In this document: positions 8,566 to 18,606 of the stretch, in pieces
How the letters are laid out: each line of letters opens with the position of its first letter
Position numbering within the stretch: position 1 is the first letter of the stretch
The notes under the pieces: generated by a model
Databases searched by the model: none
Told to the model about the DNA's origin: nothing
Seen by the model: only the letters and a program-made list of their open reading frames with translations
Source of the DNA: an uncultured Prolixibacteraceae bacterium
Lineage (GTDB): Bacteria; Bacteroidota; Bacteroidia; Bacteroidales; FEN-979
Direction of reading: 5' to 3'
NCBI GenBank assembly: GCA_964449285.1
Contig: CAYUZX010000003.1
Coordinates: forward strand, 942 to 64,941
DNA length: 64,000 nt
Translations under genes and position numbers: made by a program

Positions 8566-9870
8566 ATGAAAAAAGTATTGATTAACCCGGTAACCGTTTT
8601 AGTGATGGTTGCATTAACCTCCTTTGCTTGTTCTTCAAAATTTTCGGGTTTTGACAAGACAGATTCGGGGTTGTTTTATAAAATTTATAATGTTGGCGAA
8701 GATACGACGAAAGCCAAGACCGGTGATTTTGTTTCGCTGGATATGAAATATGTCACCGAAGGGGACTCTGTATTATTTGACAGCAAAACCGGAATGAATG
8801 GACAACCGATCCGTTTCAAGTTACCTCCATCTGATTTCAGTGGTGATCTCTATGAAGGGATTAGGATGCTTACTCCAGGCGATAGTGCAGAGTTTCTGAT
8901 TAATGCCGACTCGTTATTTACGATTACTTTCAAAATGCCAAAACGGCCTGAATTCATTGATAGTAACTCATATTTGAAATTTTTCGTAACGCTTCATGCG
9001 GCAGAATCTTTGGAGGGAATGAAAGCCAAAGAGAAGGAACTGATAAATCAGTATCTCGAGACAAACGGAATTACAGCTGAACCACTCGAATCGGGGCTTT
9101 ACTTTATCGAATCAACACCCGGCAGCGGAATAGCGGTTGATTCAGGATATGTGGTCACATTCCATTTCGACCTCAAATTAGCTGATGGGTCTCAGGTATT
9201 CTCATCCTACGATAGGGGAGAACCGATGCAGCTGACTTATGGAAAACCGTTTGATACACCAGGTTTTGACATGGGAATTGGAATGATGAAAAAGGGTGGC
9301 AAGGCAAAATTCATTGTCCCTAGTGATATCGCTTTTGGCTCGGCAGGCAGAGGAGCTATTATCCCGCCTTATTCTACGCTAATTTACGATGTAGAGGTGA
9401 TCGACGTTATGACGAAAAGTGAATCTGACAAGATGAATGAAACAAAGAAAAAACAACAGGAGATGGAAAAAACGTTGGTTAAAACTCAGGAAGCCGGCAA
9501 ACGAAGTGCTTACCTGAAAGAAAATAATATCACTGTAAAACCTACCGCTAGTGGTCTTTATTATATTGAAACTGTTAAAGGATCCGGGCCCAAAGCTGAA
9601 CCAGGGAAGAAAGTAAAAGTACATTATACCGGGAAATTGCTTGATGGAACGAAGTTCGACTCTTCGATTGACCGTGGGGAACCGTTTTCATTTACATTGG
9701 GAAAGGGAGATGTGATCAAAGGCTGGGATGAGGGCATTGGACTGATGAATGTAGGTGGGAAAGCTACACTGATCATCCCTTCTTCCATCGCTTATAGTGA
9801 CCGTGAAATGGGTGTTATTAAACCATACAGCACACTTGTTTTTGATGTGGAATTACTTGATGTAGAATAG
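8566..9870 (+). CDS. Multi-domain FKBP-type peptidyl-prolyl isomerase (three FKBP-like repeats)
   Basis: Three repeats each end in a Y(D/T)VE(V/L) motif. The last has the canonical VIKGWDEGIGLMNVGGKATLIIPSSIAY...STLVFDVELLDV. Confidence 0.85.
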   Translation: MKKVLINPVTVLVMVALTSFACSSKFSGFDKTDSGLFYKIYNVGEDTTKAKTGDFVSLDMKYVTEGDSVLFDSKTGMNGQPIRFKLPPSDFSGDLYEGIRMLTPGDSAEFLINADSLFTITFKMPKRPEFIDSNSYLKFFVTLHAAESLEGMKAKEKELINQYLETNGITAEPLESGLYFIESTPGSGIAVDSGYVVTFHFDLKLADGSQVFSSYDRGEPMQLTYGKPFDTPGFDMGIGMMKKGGKAKFIVPSDIAFGSAGRGAIIPPYSTLIYDVEVIDVMTKSESDKMNETKKKQQEMEKTLVKTQEAGKRSAYLKENNITVKPTASGLYYIETVKGSGPKAEPGKKVKVHYTGKLLDGTKFDSSIDRGEPFSFTLGKGDVIKGWDEGIGLMNVGGKATLIIPSSIAYSDREMGVIKPYSTLVFDVELLDVE

Positions 9871-9875
9871 GAAAA

Positions 9876-10934
9876 ATGTCGCTGGTGAAGAAAACCGTTA
9901 TTGTCATACTCATTTTGCTAACATTACTGCCATTATCTTTATTGGCGATCAAGGCAAACTTCGAATATACCAGGGTATGTGTGGGTACGCAAACCATGTT
10001 ATTTAGCACATCTATCCCAACAGACAGTATCATCAAGGTTATGTGGGACCTTGACGGGGATGGGGTGTTTAACGATGATGAGGGTGAAATCATTTTCAAG
10101 GAATTTTCAACAGCAGGCACTTACAATGTTGGATTGAAAGTCATTGACGCCAATGGAGAACAGGATGCCATATATAAGTCGGTGCCGGTTGCCTCTATTC
10201 AGATAGCGTTCTCTCAGGATGGATCCTGCCGAAATACGCCGGTTTATTTTCACAGTGATCCTCTGATAATTGAAGACATCTTGTATAAGTACACCTGGGA
10301 TTTTGGCGATGGATCTATGGATAGTAGCCGACAAGATCCAATCCATAATTACACGGTTTCTGGTGAATATACCGTACGATTGTCAATGAAAACCTTGTAC
10401 GCTGGATGCACAGATACAGTAGAATCTATCATCTCTATCCATAATCCTCCTATCGTTACCATCTTATTTTCCGGAGATACTATCTTCCCCTATGGGGATA
10501 CGTTGATCGCAACAGTTATTGGGTTTGACAGCCTTCTCTGGAGCAATGGTGACACAACCACTTCGATCAGTATCACTGAAACAGGGGATTATCATGTCCA
10601 AGCATTCCTGGATGGCTGTTATGGAGAGAAGTTTTTCTCAGTAACAGCAGTTGTTGATCACAATGTTAGGATCATGACAGTGATTACGCCCAATTCAGAT
10701 GGATATAATGACAGGTGGGAGATCATCAACATCAATGAGATAGAACCTTGTCAGGTTGAAATTTACAACAGATGGGGGCAAAAGGTCTTTTCAGCCAATC
10801 CGTATAACAATGATTGGGATGGGACGTATAATGGCAGGACTCTTTCGAGCGACACATATTACTATTTCCTGCGCTGCAAGGATGAACGTTTGCAGACAGG
10901 AACAATAAATATTGTGAATTCTAAATATGACTAG
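9876..10934 (+). CDS. PKD-repeat protein with T9SS type B (gliding motility-associated) C-terminal domain
   Basis: PKD-like WDFGDG repeats. The C-terminus ITPNSDGYNDRWEI...VEIYNRWGQKVF...WDGTYNG...DTYYYFL is the type B CTD signature. Confidence 0.85.
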   Translation: MSLVKKTVIVILILLTLLPLSLLAIKANFEYTRVCVGTQTMLFSTSIPTDSIIKVMWDLDGDGVFNDDEGEIIFKEFSTAGTYNVGLKVIDANGEQDAIYKSVPVASIQIAFSQDGSCRNTPVYFHSDPLIIEDILYKYTWDFGDGSMDSSRQDPIHNYTVSGEYTVRLSMKTLYAGCTDTVESIISIHNPPIVTILFSGDTIFPYGDTLIATVIGFDSLLWSNGDTTTSISITETGDYHVQAFLDGCYGEKFFSVTAVVDHNVRIMTVITPNSDGYNDRWEIININEIEPCQVEIYNRWGQKVFSANPYNNDWDGTYNGRTLSSDTYYYFLRCKDERLQTGTINIVNSKYD

Positions 10935-11868
10935 GATACTTAAAAAAGGAGTATCGGTTTTTATCTTACTGATTATCATTTCTGGACCTGCTTCTTCGCA
11001 GCAGTTTCCGATTATGGATCAGTACCTGGTATCGCCATCAAGTATCTCGCCTGCATTTGTAGGGAAAGATGCCCCCTTTGAGGTCTTCCTTACCAGCCGG
11101 ATTGAATGGACCTCCATAACTGGTCATCCTTTCATCGGAGCGTTGAACTTGTCATCTGCCCTCCCAAAAAATATGGGTCTGGGCGGGAACATTATGTACA
11201 ATGTAGCAGGACCGCTCGAAAACATGACTATAAATCTCAATTATGCCTACCACTTAAAGCTGGCTGTTGATCACAATCTCAGTTTCGGCATCAATGGGGC
11301 CTATTACCAGAACGTACTGGATCTGAGCAATGCTGTTCTTGCTGATCTGAATGACCCTGTTCTTGCTGGCAGAAGCACTATTTCGGAGTCCTATTTCAAT
11401 GTAGGCTTAGGCCTCCTCTACTCGTGGCGAACCCTTGACGCTTGTGTGACGTTCCCTTTGTTATTTAATAACAAATCTTTTTATAGCAGTGAAAAGATTT
11501 ACTCCCATGTCCTTTCACTTGACCGGAATTTCCTTGTCTACATGGGGTACCTGTTACAATCAAAGGGGGATTGGGGCGCGCACTTTTCATTCCTTTATCG
11601 ACAAACACAATATACTCCTTGGTCATTTGATGTGGCTATCAGGGCAATCTACAAGGAGATGATATCATTTGGATTACTCTATCGAAAAAATAATATCATT
11701 GGCATTACGGGTGGACTGTCAATAGCCAAAGGGTTGAGATTCAACTATACCTATGAATATTCCCCCTCTGCCATGATGGGAAAATCCAGCGGGACCCACG
11801 AAATCACCCTGGGCTACAAAATGGTTCCAAAGAGCGTGAAACCCTCTATGAAGGATTATATTAAATGA
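10927..11868 (+). CDS. PorP/SprF family type IX secretion system membrane protein
   Basis: Signal peptide followed by QQFPIMDQYLVSPSSISPAFVG, which is the PorP/SprF N-terminal signature. It overlaps the type B cargo gene by 8 nt. Confidence 0.85.
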   Translation: MTRILKKGVSVFILLIIISGPASSQQFPIMDQYLVSPSSISPAFVGKDAPFEVFLTSRIEWTSITGHPFIGALNLSSALPKNMGLGGNIMYNVAGPLENMTINLNYAYHLKLAVDHNLSFGINGAYYQNVLDLSNAVLADLNDPVLAGRSTISESYFNVGLGLLYSWRTLDACVTFPLLFNNKSFYSSEKIYSHVLSLDRNFLVYMGYLLQSKGDWGAHFSFLYRQTQYTPWSFDVAIRAIYKEMISFGLLYRKNNIIGITGGLSIAKGLRFNYTYEYSPSAMMGKSSGTHEITLGYKMVPKSVKPSMKDYIK

Positions 11869-14800
11869 AACATTTGACCAAAACAAATCATTCCTCTCTT
11901 ACCGCCATCATTCTATTGTTGGTTTTTCTTCTTTTTATCGCAAGGACGCAAGATTCAGTAGCTCAGCCGTTCTCTGCCAAACGAGGAGGTATTGCATTCA
12001 GGGTAGATAACAATCCGGTATTATCAAAACTGCATAAACTGGATTCACTTTTTTCGCAATATGATCAGAAATTCAGCATGGCAATGACATCCTGGGTTTT
12101 CCCTCTGGCTTCCCAGGCTTATATTGATACCCTGATAAGCTTTAGCGCAAAGGGGTATGAGGTGATGGACAACTCTCCAACACAACAGACTCAGTATTTT
12201 AACCTGCTTAATCCATTGGATACAGCTCTGTTTATCGGCAAGCCGGGGGTACATCATGTGACCTCGGAAAGAGTGTGCCTGGCATACAGTGCGGTGGACA
12301 CATCACAGTCGCATAATGAGGGACTGGTAGATGTCCTCGGGAATAGGGTTATCAGCCTCAATCCAGGCGAATTTGGCGACCTCACAGGAAATCCATACTT
12401 TTTCGCCCTCTACTTGAACACATTCAACCGCGTTTGTCTGTGGTATGACCGTTCTGCTGTGAACCCTAACGACCCTGATACCGTTTTCCTGAAATCCCTG
12501 TGGGAAGAACCGGTAAACTTCGGGAGTAAAACTGGTTTGCAATACCATAAACTCACGCAGGTAAATGTACTAATGCAACCTGAGGCAATTCGCCTTTTGG
12601 GACAGCGTTCGATTGATCTCTTTGATCAACACAATATTCCGCGCCCAACAAGCTGGATCCACCCGTCAGGGCAGATGCCCATGCTCGACGGATACCAGAT
12701 AAAAGGCACGTTGGGAGATTCACTTTTCTACAATGCTGGCTCTAATTATATCAATGAGTCATACCTCTGTTATAATGAATATAACCCATATGGAATTCGC
12801 CAGTTTGGCATGCAACAGAATTTGATCTCCATCTCCAACCATACCTTGGCATGGAATAAGAAACGCATCGCTGACGCAGTAGCCAAACATTATCTGAGTA
12901 TCGACATAACAACGCTGGAAGGAGCATTGGGTGGTTGGAACAGTTACCTGTTACGTCTTGACAGCCTTCTTACCTGGTGTGGTGAAAACGAAATCCCTAT
13001 CGGCACCTATTCACAATGGAAAACCTGGTTGTACGACAGCGTCCCGATCAGGGTGATCGATATCTTTCCTGAACTGGATGTCGATCTGGATGGGAGTATG
13101 TATCCTGACGGTTTTGATCAGGAGAGTTGGATCACAAGTCAATATGATACAACCGACGGTGTTCCGGTTAGCGGAGGCTGTAGTTTTGTCCTTATGGAAC
13201 AGGGACCATTGTGCCAGATCACACACTTGGCCGGACTCGAAAAAGGGGACAACTTCTTTACTATCTGGATAAAAAATGAAGGAGCCGACTCCTCAATGGT
13301 TCGGGCCAGTTTTACCTTTCCAGAGACCGGAATTACTCAGGTATTGGAGTTTACTGCAGATACTGGCATCTGGACCATACATACTGGGACGGTTACTGTC
13401 CCTGGGTCAGCCAGCATCATGAATGTACTGATCAACCGTACCGATACCTTGCAGGATACGCTTAAAATTAGTGGAATGGGATTCAGATCAGCAGGATTCC
13501 TTATCCGGTCAGCATACCCTTCCCAAACAGTTCTGCAGAATGAACAGTTTGACCGCATCAATCTTTATCAGCTTGTAATCGATACAATCTTTGATCCCAC
13601 TACAATAACCTGGTGGGTGGAAGGCGCTGATACAATGAGCTTCAGAGACCTAACATCCGAATATATGTTGCCTTTAAAACCACGGTCGTTCTGGATAGGA
13701 TCCGATTCCGCCTGGCTGATGGCTATGAGTCCAACTGGGCTGAAAGATAGCTGCCGCCTGATTTTTACTTCGTTTCCGATGCAGGGAGCCTGCCCTGGAT
13801 TGCCACTTACAATAACGCTTCTCGATACTCTGGAGAATGATTTTATCCAGTGGACCTCAATTCCTTTTGACTCCACTTTATCCGATTCAACAATATACAA
13901 CCCAACAGTCAATCCTTTAATTACTACGCTCTACAAAGTGAGAGTGATTCCTCTCCAGGGGCAGACTCAATTTGATAGTTTGCGAGTTGTACGATACCCA
14001 CTGCCAACTCCGTCAATTTTGCCAACCAACGATACAACTCTTTGTCAAGGTGATTCGTTAACGGTAACTGTTTCGGGAGGTGTTAGATATGAATGGACTG
14101 ATGGTGATACAGCCTCATCGAGAACTTTTTTCTACCCATCCCCAGGGCTTATCAATTATAGTGTTAATGTATTCAATGAGTTTGGATGTGAGATTGAAAT
14201 TTCCGGTCAAGTATTAGTCAAACCATCGCCAACTGTTATTATCTCTAATTCATTATTGCCTGCATACTGTGCGTATGAAGGCGAAACAAAGTTAACCGGC
14301 GAACCTATTGGAGGGATATTCTCTGGACCAGGAATGTTTAATAATTATTTTTATCCGGATAGCGCTAACGTAGGATTAAATATAATCACATATTATTATG
14401 TTGACTCCACCGGCTGCTCCAACTCCGATACGGTGATGGTTCATGTTTATCCTAAACCATCCATTTTGCCTCAACCCAAAGATACTTCAGTGTACATGGA
14501 TAAGTCTATCATCCTCAGGGCAGGCCTTGGGAATAGTTCTTACCTTTGGTCCAATGGTGCGGTGACAGAGTCGGTCGAGGTGGATACTGCCGGGGTCGGG
14601 CTGGGAGATTATATGATATGGGTTTATGTCACAAATGAAGGCTGTGTAAACATGGACACAGCTTATATCAATTTCATTAAATATCCGATCGGAATGGATG
14701 AGAAATTTTCATCCCCAACTTATCGGATCTACCCTAATCCAGCAAATGAATTTGTCACCGTTGAGAGTCTGGCGCTTTTTGACCAGGAATTTTCAATCGA

Positions 14801-14951
14801 GCTTTTCGACCTGAGAGGGGAGACCCTGATCCAATCTTCTGACCACAAGTATAAAACTGAGGTGAAGCTGAACGGAATTCCAGCCGGGTTCTATCTTCTG
14901 CAGATTAGCGGAGAGACAGGTGTCTACCGCTTCCGCCTTATCCATCCGTAA
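11865..14951 (+). CDS. Large secreted protein with T9SS type A CTD; unassigned N-terminal catalytic-looking domain (possibly NodB/deacetylase-like) plus Ig-like repeats
   Basis: 1028 aa with a signal peptide. Repeated Cys-containing Ig-like modules (LCQGDSLTVTVSGG). The C-terminus YRIYPNPANEFVTVES...GFYLLQI is a T9SS CTD. It overlaps the PorP/SprF gene by 4 nt. Confidence 0.7.
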   Translation: MKHLTKTNHSSLTAIILLLVFLLFIARTQDSVAQPFSAKRGGIAFRVDNNPVLSKLHKLDSLFSQYDQKFSMAMTSWVFPLASQAYIDTLISFSAKGYEVMDNSPTQQTQYFNLLNPLDTALFIGKPGVHHVTSERVCLAYSAVDTSQSHNEGLVDVLGNRVISLNPGEFGDLTGNPYFFALYLNTFNRVCLWYDRSAVNPNDPDTVFLKSLWEEPVNFGSKTGLQYHKLTQVNVLMQPEAIRLLGQRSIDLFDQHNIPRPTSWIHPSGQMPMLDGYQIKGTLGDSLFYNAGSNYINESYLCYNEYNPYGIRQFGMQQNLISISNHTLAWNKKRIADAVAKHYLSIDITTLEGALGGWNSYLLRLDSLLTWCGENEIPIGTYSQWKTWLYDSVPIRVIDIFPELDVDLDGSMYPDGFDQESWITSQYDTTDGVPVSGGCSFVLMEQGPLCQITHLAGLEKGDNFFTIWIKNEGADSSMVRASFTFPETGITQVLEFTADTGIWTIHTGTVTVPGSASIMNVLINRTDTLQDTLKISGMGFRSAGFLIRSAYPSQTVLQNEQFDRINLYQLVIDTIFDPTTITWWVEGADTMSFRDLTSEYMLPLKPRSFWIGSDSAWLMAMSPTGLKDSCRLIFTSFPMQGACPGLPLTITLLDTLENDFIQWTSIPFDSTLSDSTIYNPTVNPLITTLYKVRVIPLQGQTQFDSLRVVRYPLPTPSILPTNDTTLCQGDSLTVTVSGGVRYEWTDGDTASSRTFFYPSPGLINYSVNVFNEFGCEIEISGQVLVKPSPTVIISNSLLPAYCAYEGETKLTGEPIGGIFSGPGMFNNYFYPDSANVGLNIITYYYVDSTGCSNSDTVMVHVYPKPSILPQPKDTSVYMDKSIILRAGLGNSSYLWSNGAVTESVEVDTAGVGLGDYMIWVYVTNEGCVNMDTAYINFIKYPIGMDEKFSSPTYRIYPNPANEFVTVESLALFDQEFSIELFDLRGETLIQSSDHKYKTEVKLNGIPAGFYLLQISGETGVYRFRLIHP

Positions 14952-14959
14952 TCAGCTTT

Positions 14960-16297
14960 TCAAGTTATCTTTAGCTCCTCAATGACGGTTAGCAGATCAT
15001 AAGGGCGGTAAGGTTTGGAAAGAAAATCATTCATCCCGACATTAAGGCATTTCTCTTTATCAGCCATCATAACGTGAGCTGTTATAGCAATAATTTTAAC
15101 GGGGGAAAATGCAGCCGACTCTTTCTCGGTCATTTGATTCAGTTTATCCTGCTCAATTTTCCGTATCAGTTGGGCAGCCTCTATCCCATCCATCACAGGC
15201 ATGGCAATATCCATAAGGATAAGGTCGTAATGGTTTTCACAGAATTTATCGATCGCAATTTTGCCGTTTTCAGCTAACTCCACCTGATGGCCTTCCCGCC
15301 TTATAGTAGTCATAGCGAACTTCTGATTTAGTAAATTATCCTCTACTAGGAGTACTTTCAGCTTCTTTGACTTAAAGCTTTTAGGGGCAATAGCTTCCCT
15401 TTCTTTCTGCAGCAGAGTTTTATCCCCGGCCTCCACCAGAAGTGTGAACCAAAAAGTAGAACCCTTCCCTTGCTTACTGATCACGCCCATCTTACCCTTC
15501 ATCAATCGTGTGAGGTTACGTGAGATGGAGAGTCCCAGGCCTGTTCCCTCAAACTGCTTGATCAGCGGATTCTCCAGTTGGGCAAACTCGTAGAAGAGTG
15601 TCTCTTGATCTTCTTCAGAGATCCCCATTCCGGTATCAATCACATCGAACTTCAGGATACGCTGGTTCGGTTTCAATTCGGCAGGAATGATCCACTCAGG
15701 GATGAACTCTTTCTGTTGCTCAAAATTTGGGAATTCGGGAACAATCACTTCGATAGCTATCTGAACCTCCCCCTCGGTGGTATATTTGATAGCATTATTG
15801 GCCAGGTTGATCAAAATCTGTTTCAGTCTAACGGCGTCCCCGATCACACATTGTGGTACAGCGGCTTCAATCCGGGAATAGAGTTCAATGCCCTTTCCTC
15901 TCGCCTTAAGGGAGAGTAATTTGATAACCTGCTGTATCTCCTCTTGAAGAGAGTAGGGTTTGCACTCAAGTTTAAGCTGTCCGGCCTCTATCTTGGAAAG
16001 ATCCAGGATATCGTTGATGATGATCAGAAGATTCTGGCTGGCAATGTTGATGATCTCCAGGAATTCCTCTTGCTCTGCTGTAAGGGTTGTCTCCTTTAGT
16101 AGATTGTTGATTCCCAGGATGCTGTTCATCGGTGTCCGGATCTCGTGGCTCATGTTGGCCAGGAACATGGTCTTTTTCCGATTAGCATCCAACGATTCCT
16201 GCTTTGCTTCCAGTAATTCCTCTTCGAGTAAACTAACCTGCAGTTCTAACCTCCTGATCCGGTCGGCTAACTCTATCTGTCTCTCTCCGGTTGACAT
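14960..16297 (-). CDS. Soluble hybrid sensor histidine kinase / response regulator with no recognisable input domain
   Basis: A coiled-coil N-terminus leads directly into the H-box MSHEIRTPMNS. HATPase motifs DTGMGI and GTGLGLSI. C-terminal REC domain (LLVEDN, LILMDIAMPVMDG, SKP). Confidence 0.9.
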   Translation of the reverse strand: MSTGERQIELADRIRRLELQVSLLEEELLEAKQESLDANRKKTMFLANMSHEIRTPMNSILGINNLLKETTLTAEQEEFLEIINIASQNLLIIINDILDLSKIEAGQLKLECKPYSLQEEIQQVIKLLSLKARGKGIELYSRIEAAVPQCVIGDAVRLKQILINLANNAIKYTTEGEVQIAIEVIVPEFPNFEQQKEFIPEWIIPAELKPNQRILKFDVIDTGMGISEEDQETLFYEFAQLENPLIKQFEGTGLGLSISRNLTRLMKGKMGVISKQGKGSTFWFTLLVEAGDKTLLQKEREAIAPKSFKSKKLKVLLVEDNLLNQKFAMTTIRREGHQVELAENGKIAIDKFCENHYDLILMDIAMPVMDGIEAAQLIRKIEQDKLNQMTEKESAAFSPVKIIAITAHVMMADKEKCLNVGMNDFLSKPYRPYDLLTVIEELKIT

Positions 16298-16299
16298 GA

Positions 16300-17742
16300 T
16301 TAGCGGATTTCGAGTTGATTCTTCATGATGGTGTAAAGCTCATTTTTATTGATCGGTTTGGCTATGTAATCGTCAAATCCGGATTCAAGTAACTTCTCGC
16401 GGTCACCTGTCATCGCATAGGCAGTTTGGGCAATAAATGGGATCTTTTTGTAAACTGGATATTGTTTCCTGATAGTTTGCATCAACTTCACACCATCCCA
16501 AGGAGGAGGAAGGTTGATGTCAAATAGCATAATATCGAATGCCTGACCTTTGGCAACTTTGTCGGCAATGATCTTTATGGTGGCCTCTCCATTAACTGCT
16601 GTTGTTACCGTTCCAAGTGATTTGGTCATCTGAACCAACACCATTGAGTTCATCATATCGTCTTCCACGATGAAGATATCCAAATTCTGTAAAATATTAG
16701 TCCTTCGGTTTGTCGCCTCTGTTTCAATAGAATCCTCCAATACCTCTTGAACAGTTTCTACCTCTGGTACAACCGCGGCTTTCAGGAAAATGGTAACCGT
16801 GGTACCCTCTCCCTTTTTTGAGTCGATCTCAATATCTCCATCCATCATCTCCATAAACCGTTTGGCAATCGGTAATCCAAGGCGGGTTCCCTCTATTTCT
16901 TTATTATATCCGGCACTATCCGGCCTAAAAGCATTGAATATCTCTTTCAGGTAAGCAGGGTCTATTCCACTGCCTGAATCTTTCACACGGATAGTGACCT
17001 CATTGGTTTTTTCCTGATATCCTGTAGAGATATTAACGAATCCTTTTGCTGTGTATTTGATCGAATTATCAACAATCCCACCAAGGACTTTAGTCAGTAC
17101 TTTATCATCTGCCAGTGCTTCAGGGATATCTTTATTGATGATGTTGAACTTGATTTTTTGGTCGTTTGCCTTAAAAACATACAATTGAGCTACGCTGGAT
17201 ACGATAGAAGAAACCAAACAGGGCTTGATCTTGATATCGACGGCGTGCGATTCAATCCGGCTGATATCGATGATGTTGTTCAGCAGATTGATCAACCGAT
17301 CCCCGCTTTCAGAAATTCCACGAGCATATTCAAATAACTCTTTATGTTCCAGTAAAGAGGTTTCTGTCTCCAGCAGGCTGGCAAATCCGATGATGTTATT
17401 CAAAGGGGTCCGGATCTCTGAACTGAGGTTTGAGAGGAAGGCGTTCTTCTGGTAGTTTTCCTCTTCCGCTCTCTTAAGGGCTTTTTTCAGAGTGAGTTCA
17501 ATACCGGTTTTAAGAAATTCAGTCTCGTTCTCAGCCTCATCTCTTGTTTCCAACTGCAACACCTTTTCCCGGAAGGAATCCCTTTCTTTGATTAACCGCT
17601 GTATATCAATGTCCTTTTCCCCGAGTTGATTTGTCAGGTTCTTTGTCTTTTTATGCTGTAAAAAAAGAAAAATAAGTGCAGCAACCAACAAGATCGTGAT
17701 AAGTATCAGAGTAATGATCATGAAAAGGTAGCTCATAGTCAT
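16300..17742 (-). CDS. Membrane-anchored hybrid sensor histidine kinase / response regulator
   Basis: One N-terminal TM helix and a coiled coil. H-box SSEIRTPLNN, then DSGSGI and GTRLGL. REC domain (IVEDD, MLFDINLP, AKP). Confidence 0.9.
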   Translation of the reverse strand: MTMSYLFMIITLILITILLVAALIFLFLQHKKTKNLTNQLGEKDIDIQRLIKERDSFREKVLQLETRDEAENETEFLKTGIELTLKKALKRAEEENYQKNAFLSNLSSEIRTPLNNIIGFASLLETETSLLEHKELFEYARGISESGDRLINLLNNIIDISRIESHAVDIKIKPCLVSSIVSSVAQLYVFKANDQKIKFNIINKDIPEALADDKVLTKVLGGIVDNSIKYTAKGFVNISTGYQEKTNEVTIRVKDSGSGIDPAYLKEIFNAFRPDSAGYNKEIEGTRLGLPIAKRFMEMMDGDIEIDSKKGEGTTVTIFLKAAVVPEVETVQEVLEDSIETEATNRRTNILQNLDIFIVEDDMMNSMVLVQMTKSLGTVTTAVNGEATIKIIADKVAKGQAFDIMLFDINLPPPWDGVKLMQTIRKQYPVYKKIPFIAQTAYAMTGDREKLLESGFDDYIAKPINKNELYTIMKNQLEIR

Positions 17743-18551
17743 GATTTGTATGCAACATAGAGTATTTCAATGGGATTTAGGGCGTACTTTTTTAGCTCTT
17801 CGGGGTCATGACTTTCATCATAAGGCGAATATCTGATGGCTGTAAACCCTTGTCTTTCAATAATTTTTGTATAATCTTGTCCATAGATCCTTACATGGTC
17901 GAACTGACCATAAGCCTTCTCCCTCTCTTCTGGAGTTTTGATAGATGGGTCATAAAAGGTTTCCTCAAGTTTCTGAGATATAGGTACCTGGAGAATGGCC
18001 CAGGATCCGGGTTTTAGAATGCGGTGGATCTCATTTAACGCCTTGCGGTCGTCATCAATATGTTCTAAAACATGGTTACAAATTACTACATCAAACGACC
18101 CTGAATCGAATGGTAGAGATGTAACATCCATCAGGTTAACATTCCGGTCATAGTAGTACCCTTCATAATACTTGACGCCGGATCGGTATTCGATATTCGG
18201 AAGCGACATGAGTAACGCACGGATACACCCTTCGGGGGCGATGTGCAATACTTTCAATGGCGCTGAGAAGAGGTTTGTTTTCTCCTTCAGGAATAGGTAA
18301 ATTAGCCTGTCGCGGTCAACAGAGAAGCATCTCGGACAAAGCATATTCTCCCGGTAGCCACCTCCAATAACCTCTTTTTCTTTTAAAACAGGAAGGTCAA
18401 TACCTCCCGGAAGGAATTTCTTGAATGAATTCCCGCAATAGGGACAATAGTAATCTGTTCCTTTGTATTTAACCGATAAATATTTTTGCCAGCCTCCTCT
18501 CATCTTTTTGCCAAGCCAGAAAGGAATTAATTTTTTACCGGGGATCTTCAT
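17739..18551 (-). CDS. Class I SAM-dependent methyltransferase with N-terminal Cys4 zinc-ribbon-like element
   Basis: CPYCGN...CPRCFS, then a Methyltransf_11-like core (VVICNHVLEHIDD...ILKPGSWAILQVP). The stop overlaps the start of the downstream kinase gene by 4 nt. Confidence 0.75.
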   Translation of the reverse strand: MKIPGKKLIPFWLGKKMRGGWQKYLSVKYKGTDYYCPYCGNSFKKFLPGGIDLPVLKEKEVIGGGYRENMLCPRCFSVDRDRLIYLFLKEKTNLFSAPLKVLHIAPEGCIRALLMSLPNIEYRSGVKYYEGYYYDRNVNLMDVTSLPFDSGSFDVVICNHVLEHIDDDRKALNEIHRILKPGSWAILQVPISQKLEETFYDPSIKTPEEREKAYGQFDHVRIYGQDYTKIIERQGFTAIRYSPYDESHDPEELKKYALNPIEILYVAYKS

Positions 18552-18606
18552 ATCAAAGGATTTTACTCATATGTCAGGGTAAAGGTAAGGATATGATAGT
18601 ATGATG

